Origin: Tubiluchus corallicola
Lineage: Eukaryota; Animalia; Priapulida
DNA length: 64,000 bases
Direction of reading: 5' to 3'
NCBI GenBank assembly: GCA_030141605.1
Contig: JAQGDQ010000029.1
Location: forward strand, 496,001-560,000
A model generated the notes under the pieces. That model searched no databases. It was given only the letters and a program-made list of their open reading frames with translations, and had not been told where the DNA came from. This document shows positions 16,377-28,900 of this stretch, one piece after another. Positions within the stretch are counted from its first letter, which is position 1; every line of letters begins with the position of its first letter. The translations under genes and the position numbers were made by a program.

Positions 16377-18694
16377 TACTCTCGTACAGTTAAAAGAATA
16401 TGATGTACGAGATTCAATTATTTTGACTTGTAATTAAAGTTAAACGTTCAAATGCAAGCGCCTTGGTTTCTGCCTAATGGAATACCCCAGTCTCATGTGC
16501 ATTGCGTCATCTTGTTGTTACGTACCCCAGAAACTCATGCCTATTGTTATGAGGTATACTACCAGATAAATTATAGATATTTTAATTAGACTAAAACAGT
16601 TTATTGTGCTGATGGTTGTGATTAATGAACTCCGAGTGGAATAAACTACTTCCCGAGGGGGTGGGTGGGTGGTGTGAGGAGTTTGCTAAGCCTTCGTCAT
16701 CAAGTATATAGTACAACACAGCCTATTAAGTCTTATGCCTTATAAGCATTTTAGTAAATTTCAACTAATGTATTTTAAATTATATTTAGTACTTGTGTTG
16801 CCTGCACGTCTCTGTCCGTTTCTAATGTAAAACCGCTAAGTCTTTTCTGCAGTTAGTTGTCATATTTTGTCAAATACTATTGTAACGTTTTGTTCTACAC
16901 CGTAGCAATGATTATTATGTACTATATATTCTGGACTTATCACTCTACCCTTTAACTCCAGCTTTACAATATTTAATCCACACGTCAGTTTTTCTTTCTT
17001 TTGTTCTTATTTATTATTGTTTTATGAGGTTTGCGATAAGCAAAATTAATAAAAAAGCCGCGATAAGAGAAAGCAGTAGTGCATTAATATAGTTAATTAG
17101 CGGCTAGGCTAACAAAGCGAGGCGGTGATGCATTAATGGTAGACCATAGATTCGGCTCAATATAACATGCGGGGATCTCTAATAGTGACAGAAGGCCCGC
17201 ATCTGTTCAACTCTGTGACTGGGTTAGAGTATTGTTTGTCTACACACTATCCACACTATAAGAGCGTGCATCCTCATTTTAAGAAAGCACGTGGTATCAT
17301 GATCAAAAACGAATCATTAGTATATACATATATAAGCATATATATATATATACGTATATATGCACGATTATAAAATACGTCAAACCTTTGAGGATATGAC
17401 CGCCTTCGTGGTATTAAGAGCCACTGGAAAAAAATTTGCTATAGCCGTCTTAACGGACCTTCAATCGTAGAAATGAAATTGTTTTTTACATAATTCAGCC
17501 CAGATTAATATTGCTAAGTAAGTTAAAATAAAAGACGCAAAAGATTTTCATCGTCATTTGGTCTTTATAATGCCATACCTTGTTCTGTCGCGTAATAAAG
17601 TGTTTAACAGCATGCTCGTCTATAAAACAGGGTATCATAGTAATAACAAAGACTACGCATTTTTTCTTCATATTAATATTCAGCGTAGGTATACATAGTA
17701 AAACTGACAGCCGTCTCTGATAAAAATGACAACGACAGGCAGTCTCCATGGATATTAACAGGTTATTGAATACACCCAACGTGATTTAAATACAAATAAG
17801 CATACACGTAATTTTGCTTCTGGAACGTTCTTTTTTGCACTTTTTGTTTGAGCAGTAACTTAGTAATAAAACTTTTGCTATTTCGTAAATCGTCAATTTT
17901 GATGCAGCAACGTATGGAGTGCTACATATAAATTCAACAGATAATTCTTAAATTAGAAAGTAGTATTGGCCATTTCAGATATTGTTACTGTAACTCGTTT
18001 GTGAGGTTAACCTTGGCCCTAAGGACAGAGCGAAAAACTCACGGAGATTGGGGTAACTGTAAAATATCATGTTTAATCATATAAATTCGTATAAAGCTAA
18101 GTTCCTAAAAGGTACACTGATTACTAATTACTGTAAACACAGCACTGGTTGCGGTTTGGGATTGATTTCAACGACAGGTGCTGAGTCACTAATTGACATT
18201 AGTGTTATAGGTGAAAACAGGTGTTTGTTTGCTTTGGCGTATGAATCATCTGTTGCACTTTAAAAATTCCAACTGTAATTGTAAAACGAGTGAGTAGATG
18301 ATTGGCTAGTTAACCATTTAACCAACCAATCAACCGACCAACCAACCAGCCAGCCAGTCAACCAATCTCTCAACTCGTCACGCGATATAGTTTTAATTCT
18401 TTTTTTAAAATTAATTGAGGGTATGCATGTGTCTTCCATTGGGAAATACATTTGTTAACGAATTCGACATAACCTCTAATGAGAAAAGTTAACAATGTCA
18501 ATCTAATGTCAATATTTGCACAATAACTGCTTGTTAGTCTAGTTTATGTCCGAATTAAAATGTTGTGTCATAAAGTAATGACTGAGCAAATATGTATCTG
18601 CTATGAAATGACTTTATACAGCAGCACAGCACTTTGCTCAAACACTGATTACTATAGCATGTACCAGAAGCCAGGGCATTGCTTAGTGGGGAAA

Positions 18695-19225
18695 GTAACA
18701 GTAGCAACGGTAGCAATAGCATTATCAGTGGCCAAACGATGACAATAACAATGGCAACAACAACGGTCATATATTACGTAATCACAAGCAAGAGAGCAGG
18801 GTGCATCGCACCACTGTAGCGACAATAACAACACAGTAGTGGTGTACACTACCGCATAACTGCCACTACCGCCACCATAACGACTAACGAAGACAACAGC
18901 AAAAGTTACAACAGTGACAACGACAGTTGGCAACCGCGACGAAGATGACAATAACAACAACCAAGATTACGACGACGACAACAACAACGTCAACAACGAT
19001 AACACCAATCGATAACACTAATAACACCACCAACAAAAACACAAGAACAAACAATAAAACAACCACATCAGCAGCAGGTGCGCACACACTACCGCCACCG
19101 CTGCCACTGTCACCGCCATAACAACGACGACGACAGCACTAATGACAGCACCGACACGATAAATAGATAATAACAACAACGCAACAGCAGCAGTAGCGCT
19201 ACTGGCAATGGCAACGACAGAACGA
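18695..19225. repeat. Degenerate trinucleotide (AAC/GAC/CAC) low-complexity tract
   Basis: aacaacgacgac/ccaccgcc arrays; source of the poly-T and poly-V ORFs. Confidence 0.8.
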
Positions 19226-19620
19226 TAAGGGCGACGATGGCCAAATTTTTGTTTAGTTTGTAGTTCATTAAGTAAAAACTTAATTAAAGTTATTTAATGT
19301 TAGCTGCAGCTACACTGTACTAGGTAGAATTATCGTGCAATACTGACGACTGGCGGGGTGAAGTCGATGAATTCTATTGCAGTATTCTGCGTCATGGTTG
19401 TCGAATTTCAGTACTTGGGGCCCGGGTTTTTATATTATTATAAACTAAATACATACGTACGTACGCCTGCTATAAACATATTATTCTCAATACCAGCCAA
19501 CTGCTCTTTCTGGCTGATGAGCTTCGAAGTAAATCATTGAATTACAATGCAATTATCAGGTACCTAGAATCATAATGTAATTAAAATTAACATAACGTAA
19601 CTAATGTTTTTCAGTGCAAT

Positions 19621-20466
19621 ATGCCAACTCGGATGTGTTTAGAAGACACTGAAGAATTACTAGAACAACTCCGTGAAGCTGAAAGGGAAGAAGCCATGTT
19701 AGGGAACACAGAAGAGAAAACAAAACAGGAAGACGTGAAAGGCCCTAGGAAGAGAGGGCCAAAGAAAAAGAAAATGACAAAAGCTAGATTGCTGAAGTTT
19801 AAACTACGGCGATGCAAAGCCAATGCTAGAGAACGAAGTCGAATGCACGGTTTGAACGATGCTTTGGACGTCCTTCGCGAAGTTGTCCCTGTGCACTCAA
19901 AAACTCAAAAACTGTCTAAAATCGAAACATTGCGATTGGCAAAAAATTACATTATTGCACTGAGTGACATATTAGAAACAGGAGTTACACCAGATCTATT
20001 AACCTTTGCCCAAACTTTATCCAAAGGTCTATCGCAAACGACAACAAACCTAATAGCAGGCTGTTTAAAGTTGAATCCACGAATGCTCTTTCCCGATCAT
20101 GATCGATCATATGCATACACAATGTATTGCAATTCTAACAGCATTCCGTACATCTATGGTGGTGCCCTCACTCAGCATCATGTTCCCTACTCACCGCCAG
20201 GGTTCGCGATAGAGACAACACCAACGCATCATCCATCCTATGAGACTTTCAGTGGTCCATTTAGCGACATCGGGTCCAGTTCTTGCGACGCTGTGTCTAC
20301 TAACCCGGCAGGAGGACATTCAATTTGTTCTGGGTATCAGAGTGGTACATGTTCTGGAGATTCAGTTTCGCCATCTTTTAGCGAAATATCAGTTTTAAAT
20401 TCAACATTAGAATCAGGAATCGGAAACTTTTTAGCGTCGCCACCTTCGGCTTTCGATGGACTTTGA
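19621..20466 (+). CDS. NEUROD: NeuroD-family bHLH neurogenic transcription factor
   Basis: [75 protein letters not shown], followed by the NeuroD domain [32 protein letters not shown] branch point and acceptor (ctaat...tttcag, 19601-19614) lie just before the ORF. Confidence 0.96.
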   Translation: MPTRMCLEDTEELLEQLREAEREEAMLGNTEEKTKQEDVKGPRKRGPKKKKMTKARLLKFKLRRCKANARERSRMHGLNDALDVLREVVPVHSKTQKLSKIETLRLAKNYIIALSDILETGVTPDLLTFAQTLSKGLSQTTTNLIAGCLKLNPRMLFPDHDRSYAYTMYCNSNSIPYIYGGALTQHHVPYSPPGFAIETTPTHHPSYETFSGPFSDIGSSSCDAVSTNPAGGHSICSGYQSGTCSGDSVSPSFSEISVLNSTLESGIGNFLASPPSAFDGL

Positions 20467-22719
20467 CTGTGAGTTTGTTTAAATGCTTCCAGTGTTTTCT
20501 ATAGGCAAGCACCCGCTAAAGCATTCGTTTTTAGGATTGTGAAATAAAGCATTAAAGTGCAAATGCTAGTCATGCAGCAGTAGTTATTAGAAGCTCATTC
20601 ACGCATTGTTTCACATTGTTTCGCATATCACTGTGATGTTGATTACTCAGTCCAAGATAATTTACTAACACTGGGCTGGCTTACTCGTAATTGTGATGTC
20701 TAGCCATGTCCTCTCTCATCTCTTGAACAGTCTCAGGCTGAATAAACTGTTCAGTATTGCATAAACCATTTCAGTGTGAGTAGACTGTCTCGCGAACAAA
20801 AAAGTCCAAAGTAGAATCATATAATTCAAATGTTAAATTTTATGGCCTGCACAACTTGTAAAATGTGCAAAGTTACCATAGATTACCTAAAATTATTTCA
20901 TGATTCGAATCATGGTAGCAAACTATGTATGACACTATAAATATCCAGCTTCTGTATCAATACAATGGATGCTAAACGCTTTTCCTCCATGGCCTTTCCA
21001 AGATAATTTCTCATTAATCTGGCGCTCAAAACTGAAAGGAGTATTAATCAAAAATTTCAAATGCCCACAGTTTTACAGAAAATACATTATACAATATTGC
21101 ATTAATTTTTTATCAAGCAATACTGACGCTCACCTGAATTGAGGCCGCCCTTCTTCACTACCAAGGACCCAAGCCTCCACATCCCCCCCCCTCCGGAGCT
21201 GCGTACGGGCACGGGTGTTGTAGAGTACCTGCAGGGCAAAAAATATGGTCTACATGAGGGGCTTGAAAACGGTCGCTAATTTACTGCCATTCCAGCTCGC
21301 CCGAAATACCAAAACATGATGAGTAAACCTAAAAGTTATCATCATCTTTTATGTGCAATAGTTTTCATGCCAAAGAATAGATATTCGATAATAATTATTA
21401 TACTTTTATTACAAATGGTGAATTAGACGAGCAAATAGGCTTATAATGATCGCAAAAGCCACTCCGACCCTTATGACCAAGGTAATTTTTCTCTCCTTGG
21501 TTTACATTATAATTAAAGTTGTGTCAAGAAATGTTGTAATGTTAATTAAGTGATGAACATTTTAATCATTGTAATCTCAATTTTAAGACTGTAACTAATA
21601 ATAATAATAAATTAATGATGTATAAATTCAGTCGATCGTTAATAATCAGTCTTCAGTATGAGATTATAGTAATTAATTGATTCGAATTTTCGGGCACCTG
21701 TATGATGATGCACAGAAAACTGTTTTATTATTAAAACTGCATGTATTTTGCTGTATTGTGGCTATACTTCAACCTGATAAACACATTTGATATTCACTTT
21801 AGGCTAATAGTACACAATATTAGTTTAAATTATTTTTATTTATTACATTATATTTTGTATTATTGTGATGCTAGTTGTTTTTTGTACTGATTGTGATGCA
21901 ATGTTTATTGACCCTATTGTGAATTTTTACATTAAATTGTCGATTTGTACTTTTATATCAATACTAGATCTATATGCGAGTTTTATATTCAAAATATGCC
22001 GAGAAATTCATGCAATTTTTAAATTACGATTGCTTAAATACTATAAACATAGAATTGATAAAGAATTATTATATCTCATGAATTAAGGTCTACACGCGAA
22101 GCAGGGCCTAACAATGCAGAGAAAAATCATTAAAGGCTACCTCTAGAGAAAAGGCCAATTTAGCATCATTGTTTTGTTAATTGCGACTCACAAATGTCGC
22201 GAAATTTATAGTCTCCTGCTGCTAATACGCTAAGTTGCAGCGATAGTTAAGACTGAACGCTGGAGCTGCTGGTGTTTAGCTACACATTGAGTCTCGCTGT
22301 CTTTGCTATGGCAGTTACAATAGAGCCCATCTGTCGTGTGCAGAAACTCACATCTGTCACTTTTATCGAGTCTCTTTACAATTATTTTTATAACATAAAG
22401 CCGAGATATTAGCGAGATCACGCAAATACAACGGGAAAGCTTCAACACGCTCGCCCCCCACTCACTCATATTATTCCAATAAGTTGAAAATGCGTAGATA
22501 TTCCTTTATTTCAACATTTTTTCTTAGTTTGCTTCGCAGTAAAGCTAACAGACTAAGTCCTGTGTGTATATAAGCTTACAACATCTGCGAAAAGATAAAT
22601 GTAAACTTATGATATTAAAAAACTTTAGGCTTGATCTTTAGGCCTGTACATAAACTGTTACTAGGCCACACAAACTATTTACACATCTATTGCTAGGCTA
22701 TTGTTAGGGCGAATGTCGC

Positions 22720-22780
22720 GTATACGTATTTGAAGCACATTAGATAGTAATTGGATGGGTGACCGTGGAGAAAGCTGTTT
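22720..22780 (+). mobile_element. Degenerate 5S rRNA-derived fragment (possible SINE3 head)
   Basis: tagtaattggatgggtgaccg resembles the 5S internal promoter (intermediate element and C box, tagtacttggatgggagaccg); the rest of 5S is not recognisable. Confidence 0.4.
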
Positions 22781-23763
22781 TTGCGCAGTTTCAACTGCCA
22801 CACTCCCTCTGGAATTTTTCCTTGTTGTAAATACTTCCAGTAGTTGTTGATTAGACAGCTCTGTTGATTAAACGTCTTATTTTAAAATATTATTCCAGAT
22901 GATTCTGGTTAGATACTGGTCTTGCTACAACTTTTCGACAGCAAAACCTGCTGAATACCAGTTTGCAGTGTGTCGTAAAAAAGAGAAATAATCTGACACG
23001 TTTGCAGACTCATACGCTGCAGGCAGAATGACATTAAATGCCGCACACCTAGTACACCACAAATGCGTTATGGAAGTACAAGTAAAAGTAAGAGGAAAAA
23101 AGAAGAAGACAAAGTCATCGATTTGTTGTTGTAAAACTTCGTTCTGGAAACAAACATATTAGTTATTAATACTTATAATGCAACTTAATTAGAGAAGCAC
23201 AGTTAAATAAAAAGGAAATACACATAAGTAGTCTATAACACAGTCACTAAGCGTTTATGTATTTACAAGAGAAAATATATACGCAATGTTACACCATCCA
23301 CGGGTCCCCGACTAAGTACAGAAAACTGTAACGGATAGTATAACTTAACAAAGTAGTAATATAAAATTATATTACCAACAATGATTCCACATCAATTTCA
23401 ATATTAACTTTTGAAAGTAATAATCGTCAGGAATGAATGACAATAAAAGGCAGCTGGCGCATGATTGTTATCAAAAAGTTTAATAATTTATGACAGACAA
23501 ATGATTTATATAATAATTAAATTTTATTCTCCAAGTCAGCTCACCGACACATTAACGATAAGCACGTTTATAAATAGTTATTAAACAAATTACCAACACT
23601 ATTGGTGCTCCAAAATTAAAGAGGAAAAATTAATATTGATATGCGCGATACCGCCAATAACATGGCTGTAGTTAATTTCTACGTGTATCACTTCACAGGA
23701 GCTAAAACAAGAGCATTCCTCTATTAGAGGATTCGACGGCAATTATAAAAAATCAATACTGTT

Positions 23764-23777
23764 GCGCCCTCAGGTGG
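23764..23777 (-). promoter_or_regulatory. Candidate CTCF binding site
   Basis: Minus strand CCACCTGAGGGCGC, one mismatch to the CCASYAGRKGGCRS core, between the convergent NeuroD and MOB1 genes. Confidence 0.45.
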
Positions 23778-24559
23778 CCGATTTCGTAATTATAGGTTAT
23801 TGACTTTGCTCGCTTAGTATGCGACAGACGTACTTGCTGCGAGGTTGAAAACATTGGAAGTATTGGCTAGGGAGCGCCTAAGTCTTGGTACCTAGAAATG
23901 TTAAACATGAGTGCCTCTACACATTTTGTTTAGTCTAATTTTGCAAGATAAAAACGTCCAGGCTTTTATTCTTTCAATTTCATGGTTTTCAACAGTAATT
24001 ATAGCATACTTTGCCCCCTATAAAAAAAACTAATCATTACAAATCTGTACAAACTGCACATTCATCCGCAAATGGATATTTACTGTAGTCAACTGCCAAA
24101 CAAAAAGTTTGAAATTTAGAATGCCAGCGATGTCTAGTGGTCTGTCGGATAGTCACTTGCTGCACCCCTAGGCCAACAGAAAGGTGCATTTTTTTTGAAA
24201 ATTACTTGACAAGTATGTTTCAAAACTTTTACATATATACCAATCATTTCTATGTGGTGATATGTCACTGGTATCTTACATTGCTTAAAAATAAACTAGT
24301 ATTAGTGGCTTACACTTTAACACAGTCAAACCCTGTTTTACTTACATCTACAAAAGTGACGCTCTTTCTCAGTTTATTTAGAAAATTTGGTTGCGACTAA
24401 TTTTAGCTTGCGTAACTAAGTAAATGAACTTACAGATTAAGCAAACTTATGCAGACAAGTTAGACAAAAGCTATACTGATATGATTTCCTTAGAAGAGAT
24501 ATATCTGATTGGTAAGCTAGTAACACCAACAATGACAGACACTGAACGATCTGAACTTC

Positions 24560-24910
24560 AATGTGATATTCGAAATTTTAAGTTTAAATTCAAATTTTAA
24601 GTTTACCACTGTGCTCACATATGATTTCTTGAATGTGTGTACTACATCACAACTAAGCACCTTTGAACTGAGAGGTACAGCACCTGTTTGTTTAGTGAAT
24701 TCATGGTCGCAGGCGCTAATGCCGAACTAATTAGCAAATGGCAAAATACGTGATAGCGAAAAAATAGTGGCATGAACACAAAATTATGTTTTGTGATAAC
24801 GAGTCTTTCACGTGAACCATTCTTGAAAAAGTAACACGTTTCCTTTTAATATTTTATAGATTAGATTATTTTGAGCTGTAGTTTAAGATTGGGTCCAGTT
24901 TTCCTTTAAA
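24560..24910 (+). repeat. Dispersed repeat, copy 1
   Basis: Shares blocks (actacatcaca, tgagaggtacagcac, cattcttgaaaaagta, gggtcc) in the same order with the reverse complement of 59915-60260. Confidence 0.7.
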
Positions 24911-25344
24911 CCAAAAACAGAGTGATATAAAATAACTACTTTTAATAATACATGAAAACACGCCAAAAATATTTTCCATTTTCTTTTGGCAAAATCTTTG
25001 TTTGTTTAATATTCATTAGCTACAAAGTGCGAAAACCTACATTTAATATCATATATTACAATGTCGCATATATGTTGCTATCAGATTATGATAAAATTTC
25101 AGTTTTATACTACACTGCCAAAATTCATTCTCCTCACTATTTCTAAAATCCGATTTTCTTATTCTTGCACCATGTTGAATATCAAAATAAGCAAAAAATA
25201 TTGCTTTATCAAAAAATTTCCACATTTTATGTCATTTAAAGAGCTACTCTTCTAATAAAATACAAGTTTAACAAAATAAGATTACACACAAAATGAGCTT
25301 TAATAAGTTTGAAATTTCATCAGCCTTCAAAAACAGGAAGTGCT

Positions 25345-25995
25345 TCATCGATCTTTACTTGTCAGTTTGTCAATCAATTCTTGTAGTGGTGCAAGTTCGC
25401 GTCTATCTATGAGATTGAATTCTTGTACAAAAAAAATAAAGTGTTTGAAAGATGTGTTCAGATGAGCTTCTTCCCCTAGCTGAACAACTTCTGTGAAGTG
25501 CTGGTGATAAATGTGAGCATAAACTCGGAAAAGGCGCTTTAGTATGGTCTTAGCACAAGTAAGAAAGTTCTTTGGAAAAGGAACGCCTATTTTTGATGGA
25601 AAAAGCTGTTCATCATCTAGCTGATCTTGCACCCAGGTCATGAGATAATCAATGTACTTTGGAGCTGAACATTTTATAGGCTTTTTAACTGTCGTTCCGT
25701 CTGCCCAGTGGTACTCGTATTTTGGACCTGCGCTCATTATCGCACATGTTTCCGGGGTGCAGAACTCTGTTATTGTTCCATACAACATATTTATCTGGTT
25801 GAAAAAGTCGACTGTATTCACAGCTACCCACTCGTTAAGATCTTCTCCTTCGGGTAGCATTACTGCACGCCGCAGGTCACCACTCCCAAGCGTAGCGGCT
25901 GCATGTTTCATCAAATCATATTGATGAGTGCCTTCTGGAATATTCTTTTTTGGTTTAAATGTCTTATTTGACTTTCCTCCAAATAAAAAGCTCAT
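25345..25995 (-). CDS. MOB1: MOB kinase activator 1 (Mats), 216 aa, intronless CDS
   Basis: MSFLFGGKSNKTFKPKKNIPEGTHQYDLMKHAAATLGSG...LPEGEDLNEWVAVNTVDFFNQINMLYGTITEFC...HIYHQHF...LAPLQELIDKLTSKDR. The first ATG is at 25995 (the ORF track starts at an upstream TTG); a 5'UTR acceptor ttttttcatttcag ends at 26077. Confidence 0.97.
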   Translation of the reverse strand: MSFLFGGKSNKTFKPKKNIPEGTHQYDLMKHAAATLGSGDLRRAVMLPEGEDLNEWVAVNTVDFFNQINMLYGTITEFCTPETCAIMSAGPKYEYHWADGTTVKKPIKCSAPKYIDYLMTWVQDQLDDEQLFPSKIGVPFPKNFLTCAKTILKRLFRVYAHIYHQHFTEVVQLGEEAHLNTSFKHFIFFVQEFNLIDRRELAPLQELIDKLTSKDR

Positions 25996-28900
25996 TGTCC
26001 TTCTTTCCAGCAGCAATTTAATAAAAATTTCACACTAAGCTTGATTTCCTTTCTTACAATGTCAGTTCTATTTTATCTGAAATGAAAAAATCATTTTAGC
26101 TTTAGAGTTACAATCATTAACCAATAATTTAAATTCCAAGGAGAATTATTACAACAAACAGATTTTGGGGGCAATTGGTGCTGCAAATTTGGACACTGCT
26201 AAAGTTAGATAGTTTGATAATAGGAGGACCAGATGAGTAATGCGTCATTGATTACTAATCTACAGAAAATATTTCATATCTGGAGAAAAAAGCACTTTTA
26301 GACAGCACTAGAACACTATTTGATCAATGAAAAATTGAGTAATGCAGAAAAGTTGTCGCAGCTAGGTTAGCTCAAACTTCAGTAACACAACTTTACAAAT
26401 GCAAATTGCGCAAACTCGGTGTTTGAAATTTTTACCTTATTTAGTTTGGATGGATAACTTACACATCATGCATGCCTTGTCTCTTAACATAACTAATTGG
26501 CTTCATAATAGATCACATCAACAATTATAGCTTAAGTTCTAATATGACATTATTAACTTTTGGATGAAAAGACAATTAAAGCAAGATTGAATTTAAAATA
26601 AATACACAAGAATAATTAAGTAAGAATGCTGGTGATCATTATTTCTATGTTTATGCAGATGCATTCAAAACCAGATGAAATCAAAACAATACCTCTAATG
26701 CTTAATAGTCTCTCAAAAGGAAGTTAATTATCAAAGCCTACATCAGTACACAACCAATAGTCCATCTCTTGGATACAGTACATAACACTTCTCATAACAC
26801 ATCACTAGTAAGATTGTAAACAAAAGAATAAGAAAAAATAACATTTTTGCCATCATCAGTAAAACAATAACAGCCGCAGCAGTAACACGTAACAGCAGAA
26901 AGATTTTACAGCCTTGAAGTCATACTCCCAGAACGAAGTAATACAGTAAACTATGTATAACTCGAGCTGGTAAAACTCGAATTCTTGGAATGAATTTTCA
27001 CTTCCATTTTTTCCTTTAATAAATATCATGTAACTCGAAATCTGTAATTTGAGTTATAAAATCCGTAACTAGAACCGAATACCCAGTACAATTCTTAAGA
27101 ATCTCACTGAAATTACCATGCCTATCTCAAACAGCTTCCCAAGCGAGAAGTCCTATGCAAAAGTGTGGACCATATTACGAGTATAACAGCTAGTTTCAGC
27201 AAAAATGCTAAGATTTCTTGTATTACCTTAGCAGAATGCTGCACACAACATCACTTAACGAACGTGGTGATGTAGACCACAATATTATTATTGCCGAATT
27301 CTATTAAGAGCATTTACTCTACCATTATGGTACCAAGTTACTGTATGTAATTAATAGAACACCAAAAAAAGTGAACACTGATTATAATTTTTGTATAAGT
27401 CTGCACAGTGCAGGCTAGTATTTAACACCAAATAATTGATGCAGTTCAACACCCAGAAGTGGTCATTTATCCATCAACTAACCTAGTCCATGTGAGTTGC
27501 TACTTGCACTTACCATGATCACTCGGCTAAATTATCCTCATCCGACATACTGTTAATGTAGTTTATAAATTATAAGAAACCCCTTGTTTATCCTGCTTGA
27601 AGGTACAGAAGGCAAGCATAACAAAAAGCAGTTATAACAAGACTTAGCCGGCTGAATTTAATGGCTTTTACTGCATGAGCCCACATCTGAATGGCTGCAT
27701 AAGTCTGACTTACATTCTAATTTGGCTTATGAAGTTGTCTATTTAGTTGTATACTCATATTTCACTACATATTTTGTTTACTCCACTTCTGCTTCTCTAT
27801 ATTAGTTCTTGTGTTCCATAGTCCTTTTGATATTATGCGTAATATAATTTGATAAATACTACACTTATATTTTCATTTCATTATATTTAGGTTGATTTTA
27901 TCATGCATATTTTGTTCTTTTGGTTTGACTTCATTTTCTAGTTTGCTTATTATGTTTTAATTGGTTGGTTAAATGCTTTACAAATTTGGTTGATTATCAT
28001 TGCATATTTTTTCATATTAATACTTCCTTGTTGCATAGCCCATTTAGTTATTTCCCTTTCAAGTTTAATGTCTTCCCCTACAGATTTACGTTAGCAGTTG
28101 ATTTTCTTATCCTACCTCATAATTATATTACACGGTTTAATTAGCAGCGCTACAACATTTTTTACAATTTACAGTAACCTGAGAAGGGTAGCTGACCTGA
28201 TGACCAATTGGTCTTTCACTACCCTTTCTTCTGCCCCTCCCTAACTCTTTCCTTTATGCATAATTTATCCTGATAAATCAGTAATTATAGCAATTACAGC
28301 ATATTTGTATTCAGGTGTAAATGATTCAATTCAATTCAAAATTTTTGTTTGTCTCTCTCAATAGGTTACAAAGTGTATGAAATTAAAGTCAGTAAATAAT
28401 ATTAAAATAGAGACGGGGTGGCGACAGACCAGGGGTCATCGAGTAGCCACACCTGTATAAATATGTTATTTTTAGATACAACGGCTTTTTTATTTAATAT
28501 TGTCTGAGGAGACAATAATTAAATTTGTGCAAATAAGATTAATCAATCTACAGATATTTTGAAATTTCAGGTGAGCAAAATGAGCAAAATAATGCAACAT
28601 AATATATTTATTAGAAATACAGTTGCATGACATTCAGTATCAATTAAGTAAGGAGATAAATAAAATGTCTATGTCTATGTAGGGTTTCTGTCAATTTTGC
28701 CAAGTTGATCTATGGTCTTCTTCTCACGTTTATAAATTAACTGAAAAAAGGTTTCTATAGTATGGTTTAGTATAGTTTTTTATAGTATAGTTTATTTATT
28801 CCAAAAGCCAGTTTACATAAAAATGACTTAAATTACAACGAGCAAGACAAATTATAGGCTCAGACCAAAAGTAAAGCTTGTAAGATCTGAGCCGAATAGG

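Noticed and set aside
18555-19121. Mucin-like Thr-rich and Val-rich ORFs
   Set aside because: Arise from degenerate trinucleotide repeats; no convincing gene structure.
25996-26016. N-terminal extension MLLERRT of MOB1 in the ORF track
   Set aside because: It starts at TTG; the conserved MSFLFG start is at 25995.
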